Assembly: GCA_965153455.1 (NCBI GenBank)
Contig: OZ234493.1
Location: 18,342,213-18,406,212, forward strand
Length of the DNA: 64,000 bases
Source of the DNA: Sphagnum compactum
Lineage: Eukaryota
Direction: 5' to 3'
The notes beneath the pieces are model-generated. The model worked only from the letters and a program-made list of their open reading frames with translations, made no database searches and was not told the DNA's origin. The translations under genes and the position numbers were made by a program. Positions within the stretch are counted from its first letter, which is position 1, and each line of letters opens with the position of its first letter. This document shows positions 51,001-64,000 of the stretch, piece after piece.

Positions 51001-53399
51001 CAATCCTTGAAAAAGACTTTAACCTTGGCGCAACTACATACCATGAGTATTCCTTTCTTTCACCTAATTATATGCTTCACAAAATCCAAATTGTAAACAA
51101 AAGATATGACATAAATTATAGTGAAAGCAAAACACTACAACATTATGTAACACTATCACATCTTTTGTTTTGTACACAAAAACATTATCACCTATCAACA
51201 CAATAAAATATTTATTGCTTAACCCACCTACATACTATTTAATATATATCTTACCTATTACCTAGCCTTGGGGGGACACTTCTCAAAAAAAGTAGAATAT
51301 GTAAGTAAAAAATAGGGTGCAATATATTGGTTGTCGAGTAAAAATTATAAATTAATTAGTTAAAAAAAAGGTTATGTAATTTGAAATATATATATAATTA
51401 ATATAGAGTATGCATAAATCTCTAATATTAAATTTTTTTAATAAAAAATATAGCATGTGCATTAAAAATTTAAAGTATTCATTGTTAGTAAGTTCAATTA
51501 TTGTGAAATAATGAGTCATTTTTAAACCATTTGATAAAAAAATATGTTCAATGGATTCAAAATGTCTAATTTTAGATGCAAGTCACATGTGAAGGAAATA
51601 AGCATGCCAAAAACATGTTTGGTTGTCCATTGAAACTCATTTTGGGATTTCCTGCATTTTTGGCATTAAATTAAAATATTCATACACAATTATGTATGAT
51701 TGTGAAAAATCACTATGAACACATGAATTATCTTATTGGATTATTCAAAAAAATTCACTTAAATTTGTTTCATGTAAATGTTATTTGTAAAAATTAATTT
51801 TAAAAAGTCTTTAAATCCTTTTTTTCCTTTTTTGGGACCCCAACCATGAATGGACCCATAGTAACACAAATAATTTACATTTAGTAAAATGAAACATACA
51901 AAGTAATAACTGAGCAAAATACAATTATACAAGGTGGCCAACAAGTTCTCATTTTCAAAATTTTAAGCAATCATCATTAATATATATTTGTCAATAATAG
52001 ACTACTTAGTAATATATTTTCAAATCTTAAAGTCCGAAACACAATTGCATTGTTGAATGTTACTCAAATTATATTATTTAAAAAATTTAATTCAAAGACT
52101 TTGACACTCTAATTATATTAAAAATTTGATAATAGAAGTCAATGTTGTGGTGAATATCAAATGGCCACCAAAATCTATTGATATCACCAACAACATTCAT
52201 CAGGACAACTTGAAATTGAAAGTTTAATCATTAGAATCCACAAGATTAAGAAATTAATCGAGTAACAAATCATTTTAATTGTCATGATGATCAAACTTAT
52301 ATGTGGTTACTACATTAACGACATCAATGTTTGTTTTAGCCTAACTACCATGCACATCACTAATTGTTATGGTTTTGTTCATGGTCGTATTTTTCCTAAC
52401 AAGAAATGAGAATGAAATTGAATCAATGTCCACCCATTGCATTAGGTCTATTAAGTTACATTTGCACCTTCTTGTGTGCTCCTTTTTTGAAAGACACCTA
52501 CCATTGAACATGCACCATTCTATAATGCTTGTCATTCCCATCCTTGACAACGTCACTATGCACTCTTCCCATCCATATTGGGTACATTTCAAAATTTGAT
52601 GGGCGAAAAAGAACAAATTTTTTGTCATGTAAATATCTAAAGTGAGTGTAAGCTACTACATATTCAAAGATGGTTTCATGTTCTTAAGCCCACAATATGA
52701 AGGGACAATTGGATTTTTTTGATCCTCAAGGATAGGTTGAGTTGAAAAAAAAATTGCACATGATTAACCTTCCAATTGTTAAATGGTTCACAACCTTCCA
52801 ACAAAATGGGACTTTGCTTTGGAAGTGGTTTTGACAAGTGTGATTCTAAAATACCCCTCCTTATGTTCAATATGAAGACCTATGGCCTTTGCATACATCT
52901 CATTCTCAAAATGTTTAGTTTCCAAAACTCCAAATACTTTGAAATATTATTGTTAATGAAAAAAAAAAATCTATTGATTTTGAGGTGTAATTACCCCAAA
53001 TAGGACAAAATGGAATAGGTTTTGGAACTGCATTTGGTAGTTGGGTCCAATTATGGTGACTTAGACCAAAAAATACATCCACCTAAAATCCCATTTAAAA
53101 ATATGATAGTTTTTTACATAAACACAAGAAAATAGATTATAAAACTTTTTATGTTTCATTTTGAAAACATTTATGCCTCCATTGAGTTTATGGTAAGTTG
53201 AGTATAAAGTTTTTAGAACTTCTGTATAATAAAAGTAAGTAAGACGTATGTTTGAAATTGATTAACAAATATTTTTTTCAAACCTATTTAAAATACATTG
53301 TGAGTTTTTCTTGAATTTCAATGAATATATACTTAAACATGTTTTAAACATGTGGTTTTCATTTAAAATTTTAACAAAGTTGAAGAAATTGTTCATAAT

Positions 53400-55560
53400 A
53401 ATCATTGAACTAAACTATATGTTTAAGTTCAATAAATCAAAGCCTACTTGATGGTTACTTTTCATTTATGCTGCAAAGAACATGAGCGGTCTAATTTGCC
53501 ATGTTGGAACCCAACTTGGTTATTGGTTATTGGAATTCCACTTGGTAGCTTAATTAAACCTTGATTATTAGATTTCCATAATTGAATTGCAAGGCCAATG
53601 TCTTTGGAACTCCACATTAAATTAGTTGGCATCACCACCCAAATTTGTTTTCATAAAAAGCAAATGCATATCTATATGTCTAATTAATACCTTAGGGTCA
53701 TCCAAGTCAATTTTCAAATAGCCTAGAACCCAAGATTTGAAATCAAAAATTTCTTGTATGAGTTGGGGGATGAATAACAAAACCATAAAGCTTTCATCAA
53801 ATCTACCAACACATGGTCATTTTGTTCTTTCAATTGTTTTAACAAAATTTAGTTAAAAATTCCATCAATGTTTTCATGCATATGATCAACAACAAGGAAG
53901 CCCAACCACAACTCTTCAAACACCTCCTTGGTTGTTAGTAAAGACACAAAAACAAGCAAGTGTCGATTTTTATTGTCTTTTGACACATTTGTCCATTTGG
54001 AACTACTTTTAAAGTAATGGTTTTGCATTAACAAATTTCTCATGCACCTTCAATGCCTTCACACATTGAGAACTCCACATTAATTACTCAAAGAATTCAT
54101 TTTGTAGCTCATGATTAAATAACTTTTATTACTTGTGAACTAGTTTTTTCTTTTAAGTTCTAAACAATCTTAAGGAAATCCAATGGTGAAATTAGAGTCA
54201 TTTGGCTGAAATTCATTGGAATGTTGACCAACGTTTCATCCCCATGCTCATGAGCAATCATTCTAGTCAAAGTAATCAATAATTGATCGATCCTAACAAC
54301 CATTTTGCTTTTTGTTTAGAGCCTTTCAATTTGTAAAAGAATTTTTGAATGATCCATCTTATTGTGAATGATGCATAAAACACCATTTGATTGAATGGAA
54401 TTTGTTTCCCAACTATGGTAAAGTCATTTACATGACTCTGAGTATTTATTATGTCTTTTTAGTTGCATTTCATGCTCCTTAGCAATAACATTGGTTTTTC
54501 CAACTTTAGATTGTACTAGGTTTTTCAAAGACTCACATACAATGTGTTTTACAAAGGTTAAACCTTTTTCTGCACATCCACATAGAGATGACATTTCTTT
54601 TTCAACTAATTCATAGCAAACTAAGAGATGGTGAAAGCACATTACAATGGCCAAAAAATGTTGTCACAAATATTTTTTTCAAATCTATGTGATTTTCAAT
54701 TTCCATCAAGCCAATATTAAAAAATGTTTCATAAATTATATTCAAATTAAGGTAATTCAACTACCAATTTATGCAATTGTTAAAAGAAATTATATATTTT
54801 TATTAATATTAAATGATTAAATAATACATTTGTGAAAAATAAATATATGTACCAATATACTACAAAGTGCAAATATATTCTAAAAATGATTCAATATATG
54901 TTATGTTCAAAATGTAAACTATATATGCAATTTAATGTAAATAGGGACAAGGAAAAAACTAAAAATAATCAACATGATAAAAACCACACATGTGACATTT
55001 AACACACTTCGTTGTTCTATTCTTGAATTTTTTTCTGTGTGTTTGGAATTAGAAGGTCAATGTCTTATTTCCAATTCCCAATTGCTTTCATTTGATGTGG
55101 CATTATATCAACACATTGGTCAATAAACAATTGGAACATTGCATTTCACTTGCCTAGCTATAAACCCCTATTTTTTCATTCCAACATTTTATGCGAGCTT
55201 TGCCTCGTCCCACATTTGTTATCTTATGTATATGATAAATAGATAGATCATGAAATGCCAACAATCCTAAACCACACCTTTTCACAAATATTAATTTCTT
55301 GTATTGTGATGAAATATCATTTGTTTATTCCAAGTCTCTAGTGCAATATTCTTGGAACATCCAAAATAAAATCTTTTATTTACAAAAGACAAGTTCAAGA
55401 ACTCATGTTGAATGATGGATGTCTTATCATGAGGAAAATAGTGTTGATAACAATTGAAAGAACAACAATTGTTTGTGCTCACATTAGAAATTGATTCATT
55501 GCTTAAAAGTCTTTCAATATTTGAAACAAACGAATCCACATTTCAGTCCCTTTGTTTTCT
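53400..55560 (-). mobile_element. Degenerate DUF7869-like DNA transposase relic
   Basis: KDNKNRHLLVFVSLLTTKEVFEELWLGFLVVDHMHENIDGIF (53849-54043) resembles the DN...NKN...FL.VGHTHEDID..F motif. Cys-rich upstream fragments and many stops. Confidence 0.6.
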
Positions 55561-58109
55561 TTTCACAAATGTGTAGATTTCATTCACATGAATAATTCCC
55601 TCCTCATCATCTTTTGAAACATGATGTTCATCATACGCAACAAACAATGACAATAAACAATGATTGTCAAAAATTATTTATGACAATGGCCATCCCCAAA
55701 TTGTCATAATTTGTGATTTGTGATTTGGATTGTTCAATATTGTTACTCCAACATGATTTTCACCAAGATCTTCATCAAGAACACACTTGTTAAGGTCACA
55801 TGCAATAATTCACCTTACAGTAATCAATTCTCCCAAATAATTCACCAAATCACACTTCTTTGCATGCCACTATTTTTTTCCAATACCAAAAACATTTTTA
55901 GGGATCATGTACAAAGGTGCAATCTTTTCTTTTACATTGCCCATGGCCAACAAGTATCCTCTCCAATTGGCTTGTCTAATAACATAGATTATACCATCAC
56001 CAACATTCCAAAATTTAATTCACCCATAGTATCTCAACAATTGCCTCTCCATAAATAATAATCTGCGAATGATTAACATGAATAAAACTTGTCCATAACA
56101 TTCATTTTTAGCATATCTTGAAATAAAAATAGTCATTGCAATAAAGGAACATCACTTTCCATCTTAACTCATTAATTATAAATTTTCTTCCCCCCTCAAA
56201 TTTGTTATCATGCAATATAATCTTATAGATCCCAATTTTCAAAACAATGGTATCATAAAACCCTTTTGACACAATGAACCCATCACCACCAACTGAAGGC
56301 AAAAGAATTAATTGACCTTTTAATTCCTAGGTTAACAAGCCCAAGGAGTCTAAATTAGGTGGGCACCAAATCCTCAAGATTGAAAGTCTAAGGTGAGAGA
56401 ATCGAATAAACATTAATAGAAATCTTCAAATATATGATTGAATTTATGATTAATATTCCAATCATGCAAGATAAAAATAACTAATAACCCTAAAGTCATT
56501 ATGGATGAGTTATTTAAAACAATAATCATTTAAGACATGGTGGCAAATATCGTCCATTAGTCATAAAGGACATATGTGAAGTCATTAATAATAGTTTAGT
56601 CATTGTTTAATTATTTTTTATTATTACAAATTAGACCAAAAAAATTGGGGAACATAATTTTATAATATTTATTATTATAAATTATTATATATAGTAAATA
56701 AGATATAATTCTATTTTAATTATTTTTAATCTCATTATTTTCCATTCTAAAAATTGTTGACATGTGTCACCACCTAAGCTAGGTTAAAACCCTAATTTAA
56801 ATGGCTAACTAAACCACTTTATCTACCTAAGGTAACCACCTAACCTAGGTTATCTAGGTAGGTAGAGAATATTTGGTCAATATTCCAATGTTGAACACAA
56901 CTAATGTCATTTGTGAAGTTTGATCTTTGGACCCCAAGGAGATGGAGTTCAACTCCTTTACCACCAAGCCACCTCATTTGTTGTGTAAATAATTTAATTT
57001 TTATTCTATTTAGACCATACTTCATTAAAACATTACACAAAACTTCAAATTTGATAATTCATATCTTATTGGTAATTTTTCCAAATGAAAAATTTGAAAA
57101 TTTATTCACAAATTTCTTTCAATAATGTACACAATTACATAATTGATTTTTGAAAAATGTTAATTAAGTTCAAAAAAAATTATTTGAATTTTGTTATTGA
57201 ATAAGAATTCAATGTCCGTTCTTTGGAAAATTTTAATTCCCACATGATTTGTAAATTAAAAAACCTTACGTCTAATAGATGAATAAATAAAATATATCTT
57301 TCATATCTTAAATCTTCATTTGATTTAAAAATTTATGTTATACAATTTTGCTTCCAATATATCATAACTTTATTAAGAATCTTTAATTTAGATGTATGAG
57401 TCCATATAATATATCCACATAAAATATTTATAAATGGATCATAAATCAACTATATATATATTAATTACTTTTATATTAATCATATTTTAATTTAATTTTT
57501 AATAATAATAGTGATAATAATAATAAATATTAAAATATTAACTAATTTTCTAAAATTATAAAAAAATTCATTATTACACTTGTAAATAATTGTATGATCA
57601 CATTGTTGATGTAATGACACATCATTTTGTCCATGCCATCTGCATTATTATTCTTTAATCATATTTTAAATGACTTTATCTTAGTCATAATTTCAAATGA
57701 TATTTTAGACATCCATATCACTTTGTCATCAATCATGGATGCCATATGAATGAAACTTGCAATAAAAAAATGATATCATCTTTCTTGTTACCACGTCATT
57801 ATCTATTAATCAAATGCATCATTAATATATGATTACAAGTTTTTCACATAGGATTTGAAATAACATCCTATGACTACAGTCAATTAGTAGTCATTTAGGA
57901 CATCTAGTCATTGATTTCTTGGTTGAAAAGAACAAAATTCCTTTTAGTGAAACCTTTGACTTTGACAATTATTAACCTAATACATGAAAATTGAACAACC
58001 ACATGATTTTCGAAACCTCACACCTAGTATGGTGTTATAATCAGACAATTATTTATTTTTGGGAATTCACCCCGTAATATTATGGATTAATTATTTCATG
58101 TTTAATAAC

Positions 58110-58430
58110 TTGTCAATCCCAAATTTAGCATGTAACAAATTAATAATGAAAATTATGTTGAGTTCATTCATTCATAGGTTCGTACATTTTAAACACGAAT
58201 ATCATGCATTGAAAACAAGTTTAACACACAAATAAATTTATTAATGGATAATGTATGAACTTATGAATGAATGAATGAATGTCACACAAATTTCGCATCT
58301 TCATAAAAATTCATGTGTCAAATGTGTTTTCAATGCACGATATCAAGTATGAAATGTGCAAATTATGAATGAACAAATTTTGCACAATTTCCATTATTAA
58401 GTCATGAAATGTTAAATTTGTGATGTGGGT
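58110..58430. repeat. Degenerate fold-back (MITE-like) inverted repeat
   Basis: 58110-58232 (…tatcatgcattgaaaaca…) is the approximate reverse complement of 58309-58430 (…tgttttcaatgcacgata…). Confidence 0.65.
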
Positions 58431-58959
58431 ATTTTCAGGAATTTTAAACAATGTGTGAAATAATGAAAATTAGTTGATCACTTGATTTTCCAACTTCAAG
58501 CTTGAGGTTGCCAAAATTAGGTGGTCGTTTGATTCTTTGACTTTAAGTTCAAAGTACCCAAAATCAAACGACCACCTAATTTTCTAGCCTCACGCTTTTA
58601 AGCTTCATGTTCAATGTCACCAAAATTTAGTAGTCACCCAATTATCCAACATTACGTTCACGGTCACTAAAATTGGATGGCTATTCGATTTTCTAATTCT
58701 AGGTTTTAGGTCATCGAAATCGAGCAATTGCCTAATTTTTCCAACTTAAGGTTTGAGGTTGCCAAAATTAGGTGATTTCGTTATTTTTTAATTCCTCATG
58801 TTTGAGATTGTTTGAATCATATGATTAGTTTATTTTTGGGACCTCCAATGTTAAATCATAAGAATTGTGCAACCGTTCAATTTTCAAGCATTCATGCCTT
58901 CTTTTGAAATTTTTCTTTATGTATGTTTAATTTGAAAAATATTTCTAATAATGAAGAAT

Positions 58960-60300
58960 TTAAAATTAAATTTAAATTAATTTAAAATAATAAATAAAAA
59001 TTTAATTAACAATAACTAAACCTAATTTAATTAATAATAATAACTTTTACATTAACCTTTAGGTTCAACTTCTACATTTAGCATTTAGGTTTAGTTTAAT
59101 TTTAATTTTAAATATTTAGCCTTTGGGTTTAACTTAGATTTAATCTTTAGGATAAGGCCATTTTAAATTTATAGGTTTACCCTACATGTAGCCTAGGTTA
59201 AACCTAATTTAACTTAATTAACCTAAGTAGTTAATTTTGCCTTGTTTAGTTTTGTTTAGTTTAATTTAACCTAGTTTAACTTAAGTAACTTAATTTAGTT
59301 CAACTAGCCTTGTTTAATCTAATTAGATTATTTTAAACTTAATTTAACATAATCTAACAAATTTAGCCAAATTTAACTTAATTTACTTGAATTTAACCTA
59401 AATAAAATAGTTTCACTAAATTTACTTTAGTTTACCATACTTTAGTTTTAATAACTTAGTCCAACAAAATTTAACCTAAGTATATTAAATTAGCTTAGTT
59501 TAGTTCAAATATTTTAAATTTAACCAAGTTTAGCCTTAGTAATTTAATTTAGATGAAGGAACCAAGATTTGCAAAGTTTTGTGAAATTTAAACCATTTTA
59601 GCCTAAATATTTTTCTTTAGCTTAATTTAACCAATTATAACCTACTATTGTGTATTTTGGATTAAATAGCTTAATTTTGCTAGATTTTGCCAAGTTTAGA
59701 CAAATTAATCCTAATTTAGCTTAAGTAACTTATTAATTTAGCCAATTTTAGCCAAATACAATACATTTTAAACAAAATAATTGACTTTTGCAATGCTAAG
59801 CTAATTTTAACCAAGTTTTTAAAAAATAAGGTTCCTATTTTAACTTAATTTAACCAAGTTTAGCTTAAGTAGTCAAATTTAATCAAATTTAACCAAGTTT
59901 AACCTAATAACCTACTTTGACGAAGTTTAATCAAGTTTAACCTAAATAATTAAGTTTAGTCAAGTTTAGCCAAGTTTCACCTAAATAACATACTTTAATC
60001 AAATTTGGCCAATTTTAACCTAGGTTAACCAATTTAAACCTAAATAACCTACTCTAGTCAAAATTAGCCAAGTTTAACCAATTTTGGCCTAAATAACTTA
60101 CTTTAGCCAAATTTAACCTAGGTTAAACCTAGGTCAGTGTAATAGCCTTAGGTCAAAATTAACTTAAGTATCTTTAAGTTAAATTAGGTTATTTAGATTT
60201 AACTTAAAGGGATTTAAGTTCATTTAAAATTGCCTATGGAAGCCTAAGCTAGATTGTTGGGTGGCCTAGGTTTGCCTAGGTCAACCTAGGTTAACCTGAG
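58960..60300. repeat. AT-rich low-complexity satellite of ttaacctaa/ttagccaa/ttaaccaag units
   Basis: Continuous degenerate repeats of about 10 bp. Confidence 0.75.
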
Positions 60301-60354
60301 GTAAATAATTTGTTTTTATATTTTTGTGAAAACTACATTTGTTACAAATAAAAT

Positions 60355-60413
60355 GTGATGGCGCAATGGTTAAGTACTTGAACCCTCAAAGTGAAGGTGA
60401 GGGGTTCAAGTCC
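60355..60413 (+). other. tRNA-derived Pol III relic (A and B boxes), not an intact tRNA
   Basis: TGGCGCAATGG (A box) and GGTTCAAGTCC (B box) at tRNA-like spacing; no acceptor or anticodon stems. Confidence 0.5.
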
Positions 60414-60759
60414 TTTTTATTTTCATCTTATATAGTACTTAGCCTCCTAGGAATAAGTGGTTAGCCTAGCCCCTAGTTCCTTTTTATTCTAGGTTATGTC
60501 CCCTAGCCAAAGCCCCTTAGGCTTGGTGTGTAGGTTAAGTCGTTTAGCCACCTAGGCTAAGTCCCAAGTAGCTACCTTATTTGACTAAAAGGTGTTTGGC
60601 ATGTGGCATCATTCAATTGAATAGGGGAAAAATCATAATTTTAAATTGCCACATGTCAACTCATAAATGGTTAATAAAATCTTGAATTCATCTTAGGCTA
60701 TCATGTGGTAATAAGACATTAATAAAAAAAAAAAACTATATTTTTAAATTAAATCTTGG

Positions 60760-60979
60760 TTGTTGGAGATGTTTTCCATGACTATGATAAATATGACTAT
60801 AGTCATGAAGGACATAGTCGCAAGTGGCATTTACAACTATGTCATCTTTGTGACTAGTGATAAATAGAATGTGAGTGTACATACTAGTAGTCATGTAGTC
60901 ATGGCCAATCGTACATGTGATTTAGGACAACAACACCAATCACTTATGTAGTTCATAGTTACCATGTTTTGACATAGTG
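60760..60979. mobile_element. CACTA-type terminus
   Basis: …ttttgacatagtg (reverse complement CACTATGTCAAAA) preceded by tgacta/tagtca subterminal repeats. Confidence 0.5.
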
Positions 60980-63678
60980 TTCCAACCACAAGGCCACTTT
61001 ATAAGGTTATGGTTTTCAAATTTGGATTAGAACTATTTGTCACTTAGATATGTTTAAAGGACTAAAGAAAAGAATTTCAGCATAGAAATTAATTATGGCA
61101 TGGCCAATATGTTCAACATTCAATTTATTCCAATCACAAGGCTAATTTTGGAAGCCTACAAACTACAAATTTGGAGTAGATTTTGTTTATAACTTAAATA
61201 CACCATAAGATACAAAGGAAACCCTCTCTATAACTTAAATATCAACTCTAAGGTACAAAATAAACCTTCTATCACAAGAAGATATGAACTCTGGGAACAA
61301 AATAAACCTTCTATAACTTAGATATGTTCTAGGTATAAAATAAACCAATTTTGGCAAAGTGGTTATGGCATGACAAATAAGTTCTATTTATTAATGAAAT
61401 TTTCAAGAATTTTATACCACCATTGGTGATTGAAAATATGGATCCTGTCCATGTTATCTCAAATGTCTGTTAATTGTGCTACAAATATGTTCTTGCACCA
61501 TTGTAGCACATACATGGGCATTTGTAACTTGTTGAGCTCTATTGACTGGCCTCAAGGTCTTCAACTTCAAATTATAGCTTATGGGCATCAATATCCCCTT
61601 GCATTTGGCCAATTGGCATTTACCTTCCGCTAGTTGACATTCCAACATAATATGTTGGATTAGTTTATGACTTGCCAGAATAAGTGTAAGATATATTTGT
61701 CACGAGTTTTTAAATGCCATATAGATGTTTAGGGCTCCAACAGTTCAACCCAACAACTCATTAGTCAAGATGAAATCCCGATGAAAATTTTGCATACATA
61801 CATACAATAGTCCAATACAAAAATATGCAATATAGGCCCAATTCAAGATACTAAATAATTAAAACAAAATAAGTACTCCTTTTCAATTATCGTATACAAT
61901 AAGGTTAATACGGAATCTGTTGTAATAAATATGTGCAAAATAATTGAGGAAGATGGTTACTGTATTAATAATCCAACAACTACATAGTAATATTATTAAT
62001 TGTATTATCTATTAATATGTACAAATGTAATATTGTTATTAGTTTTAGTATTATAGTGTATAATATTGTATGTTAGCTAGTGTGGCCTATAATTAGCAAT
62101 AGGTGCACTAGCTTAGATTAGGTATATGCTACCTAGTACTTAGTAAGGCAATGTAATAACTCAACTCCTATACTAATTGACAACTTATTGAAAAAATTGC
62201 TAAGTATTGAAAAGGCTATTTATTTAGTAGAGTATTATTCAAAATATACACTAGTATAATTATAATATTTGACATGTAAATATGTTGACTTTGCAATTAT
62301 GACTAAACTTTATAACATTTAGTCATCTTACTAAGTAACCTACGTCCTAGCCTGCAAGAGCTCAACATGGTACATTTGTGAGGAGTTTATGATTCAACTT
62401 CATAAATGCAAGAAAACAAAAGTTTTAGTTGTTTTGTTGATAACAACTCTGAGGTACAAGAGTACAGAGAAATGTCAATCACAATGTTGCTGCATTTTGA
62501 ACTTTATAAGGGAAAGAAAGATTTTGATAATGTCAAATTATACATGATATTGCAAACTTGACGAAAAGGCAGAAAAGATGAAGAAAGAGGACAAGGAATT
62601 CAATGAAGACAATGTTAAAGATGAACAAGAAGAGTTGTCCGGTTCATGTGGAGAGAAGGGGATGAAAGCTTCAAAGAAGGTATTTTATGAAATTGAAATC
62701 CTTCCCCAAGTAGTTTACTTTGGTGATTTGCTCTACAAAAGGTGATAGTTGCACCAAGTTGTTCATGGTTGCACTTATTAGGGATTCTATAATTTGCATC
62801 TTTCTCTCTTCAACAAATGCAGTTGTATGCTTGTACGTCGTCAAGCATAATATACATTTAGCGAATCCTGAAGGGTTTTGGACTAATGATTATCACATCC
62901 CATTTCATGTGGTGATTTGTCTAGCATTTGTAATTATATTTTGCAGTGCACATCCCATTTGTAGTTTTTCGGTCTATGGATCCCAAGTATGCAAAGAAGC
63001 ATAGTTGGTTGCCATTTTGGTGGTTTGTTACTTGTTGAATGCCATCTAAAAATGGCATTTGGTTGTATTGCTAAAAATTCAAAGGAATGCTCTTATAGAC
63101 TAGGGTTGATTGATTACCCCAGAAAAGCAGTTTTCTGTCACTTTTAGGCAATAATTTCCGCAAAAAAAAGGGAATTTATAGCAGAATATTTCATTTTCAG
63201 AAAGCTGTCACCTTTTGGCATTTTTTCACCAGAAAAAGAGACTGGCCACTATGTGATATTTGAAAAAACCTTTGTCCAACTGTGAAAACAGCTGGAGAGA
63301 AAGATGTTCCTAATGGAAAAGTTGCTGTTCTGGTTCAAAAACACAAACTTCCACATCCTTTTTCCTCTTTCATAAAGCTGCAAAAAACATTTGCAGATGT
63401 GAAAGGCAGGCAGTTCAAGAGTGCCAAGACACAATTGCCATAGCACAAGAGTTGCTGTTGTTGTGTTCAGTTTAGGGAACATTTGTGTACCTGCAGGACC
63501 TACTAAAGAGCAAACTCCCCAATCTCATTCAGGCTCATCCATTGCTCATACAGAAAGACATTGATTGTAATGCTGTTACAAGAAAATGAACACCTCTGGA
63601 CCTAAATCTTCTTGTGCATGGAAAAGATCACACTGCTTGAGTGTTAGCTACCTATAACTGAGCAAAAATGGAGGAAGT

Positions 63679-63999
63679 CTACTTTCGCCTTGACTTGCCC
63701 CTGAATGTCACTCGGGTTTTCTTCTTGGCAGCAGATGCAGATGACCGCCCACCACCAGGTTCGCGGAATGGCATGCCCATCAAAGAGAGCAGTTTTAAAC
63801 CTTCTGCGTCATTCTTGGCAGAGGTGATAATGCAGATGTCCATGCCCCTTTCCTTATCAATGTTCTCAAATCGGATCTCTGGGAAAACACTCTGCTCTGG
63901 CAACCCCAGGGTGTAGTTTCCCCTCCCATCAAAACTGTAAGGGTTCACCCCTTGGAAATCCCTTGTTCTGGGGAGAGCCAAGTTCATCAGCCTGTCTAG
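63679..63999 (-). CDS. RPL5: Nuclear-encoded plastid 50S ribosomal protein L5 (uL5c), 3' part; continues beyond the window
   Basis: [42 protein letters not shown]...[29 protein letters not shown] is the bacterial/plastid uL5 C-terminus, followed by a basic plant-type extension and TAG stop. Confidence 0.95.
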   Translation of the reverse strand, partial: LDRLMNLALPRTRDFQGVNPYSFDGRGNYTLGLPEQSVFPEIRFENIDKERGMDICIITSAKNDAEGLKLLSLMGMPFREPGGGRSSASAAKKKTRVTFRGKSRRK

Positions 64000-64000
64000 A

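Noticed and set aside
60355..60413. Functional tRNA gene
   Set aside because: Only A and B boxes are present; no cloverleaf can be formed.

Overview
AT-rich, repeat-dense nuclear DNA from a land plant, most likely a bryophyte such as a Sphagnum-type moss. This is inferred from a nuclear-encoded plastid ribosomal protein, remnants of a ciliary IFT gene and the style of the repeats. Two convincing protein genes are present: an intronless DUF247-family CDS (46391-48004, +) and the 3' part of plastid ribosomal protein uL5 (63679 to window end, -). Two clean, correctly phased orphan exons of IFT144/WDR19 lie at 22223-22945 (-), with no recognisable remainder of that gene. Most of the rest is nested transposon material: two solo LTRs with perfect 5-bp TSDs inside a Helitron-like host, a PIF/Harbinger derivative with TTA TSD, a complete non-autonomous Helitron, a Sola-like MITE, and hAT, Ty3/Gypsy RT, DUF7869-like and CACTA relics, plus tandem arrays and local duplications. 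I found no CRISPR array, intact tRNA/rRNA or demonstrable new multi-gene system. The best leads are a 9-copy CpG-rich 73-75-bp array at the presumed 5' end of the DUF247 gene, the orphan IFT144 exons, and a 2.4-kb solo LTR carrying its own ORF and repeat arrays.
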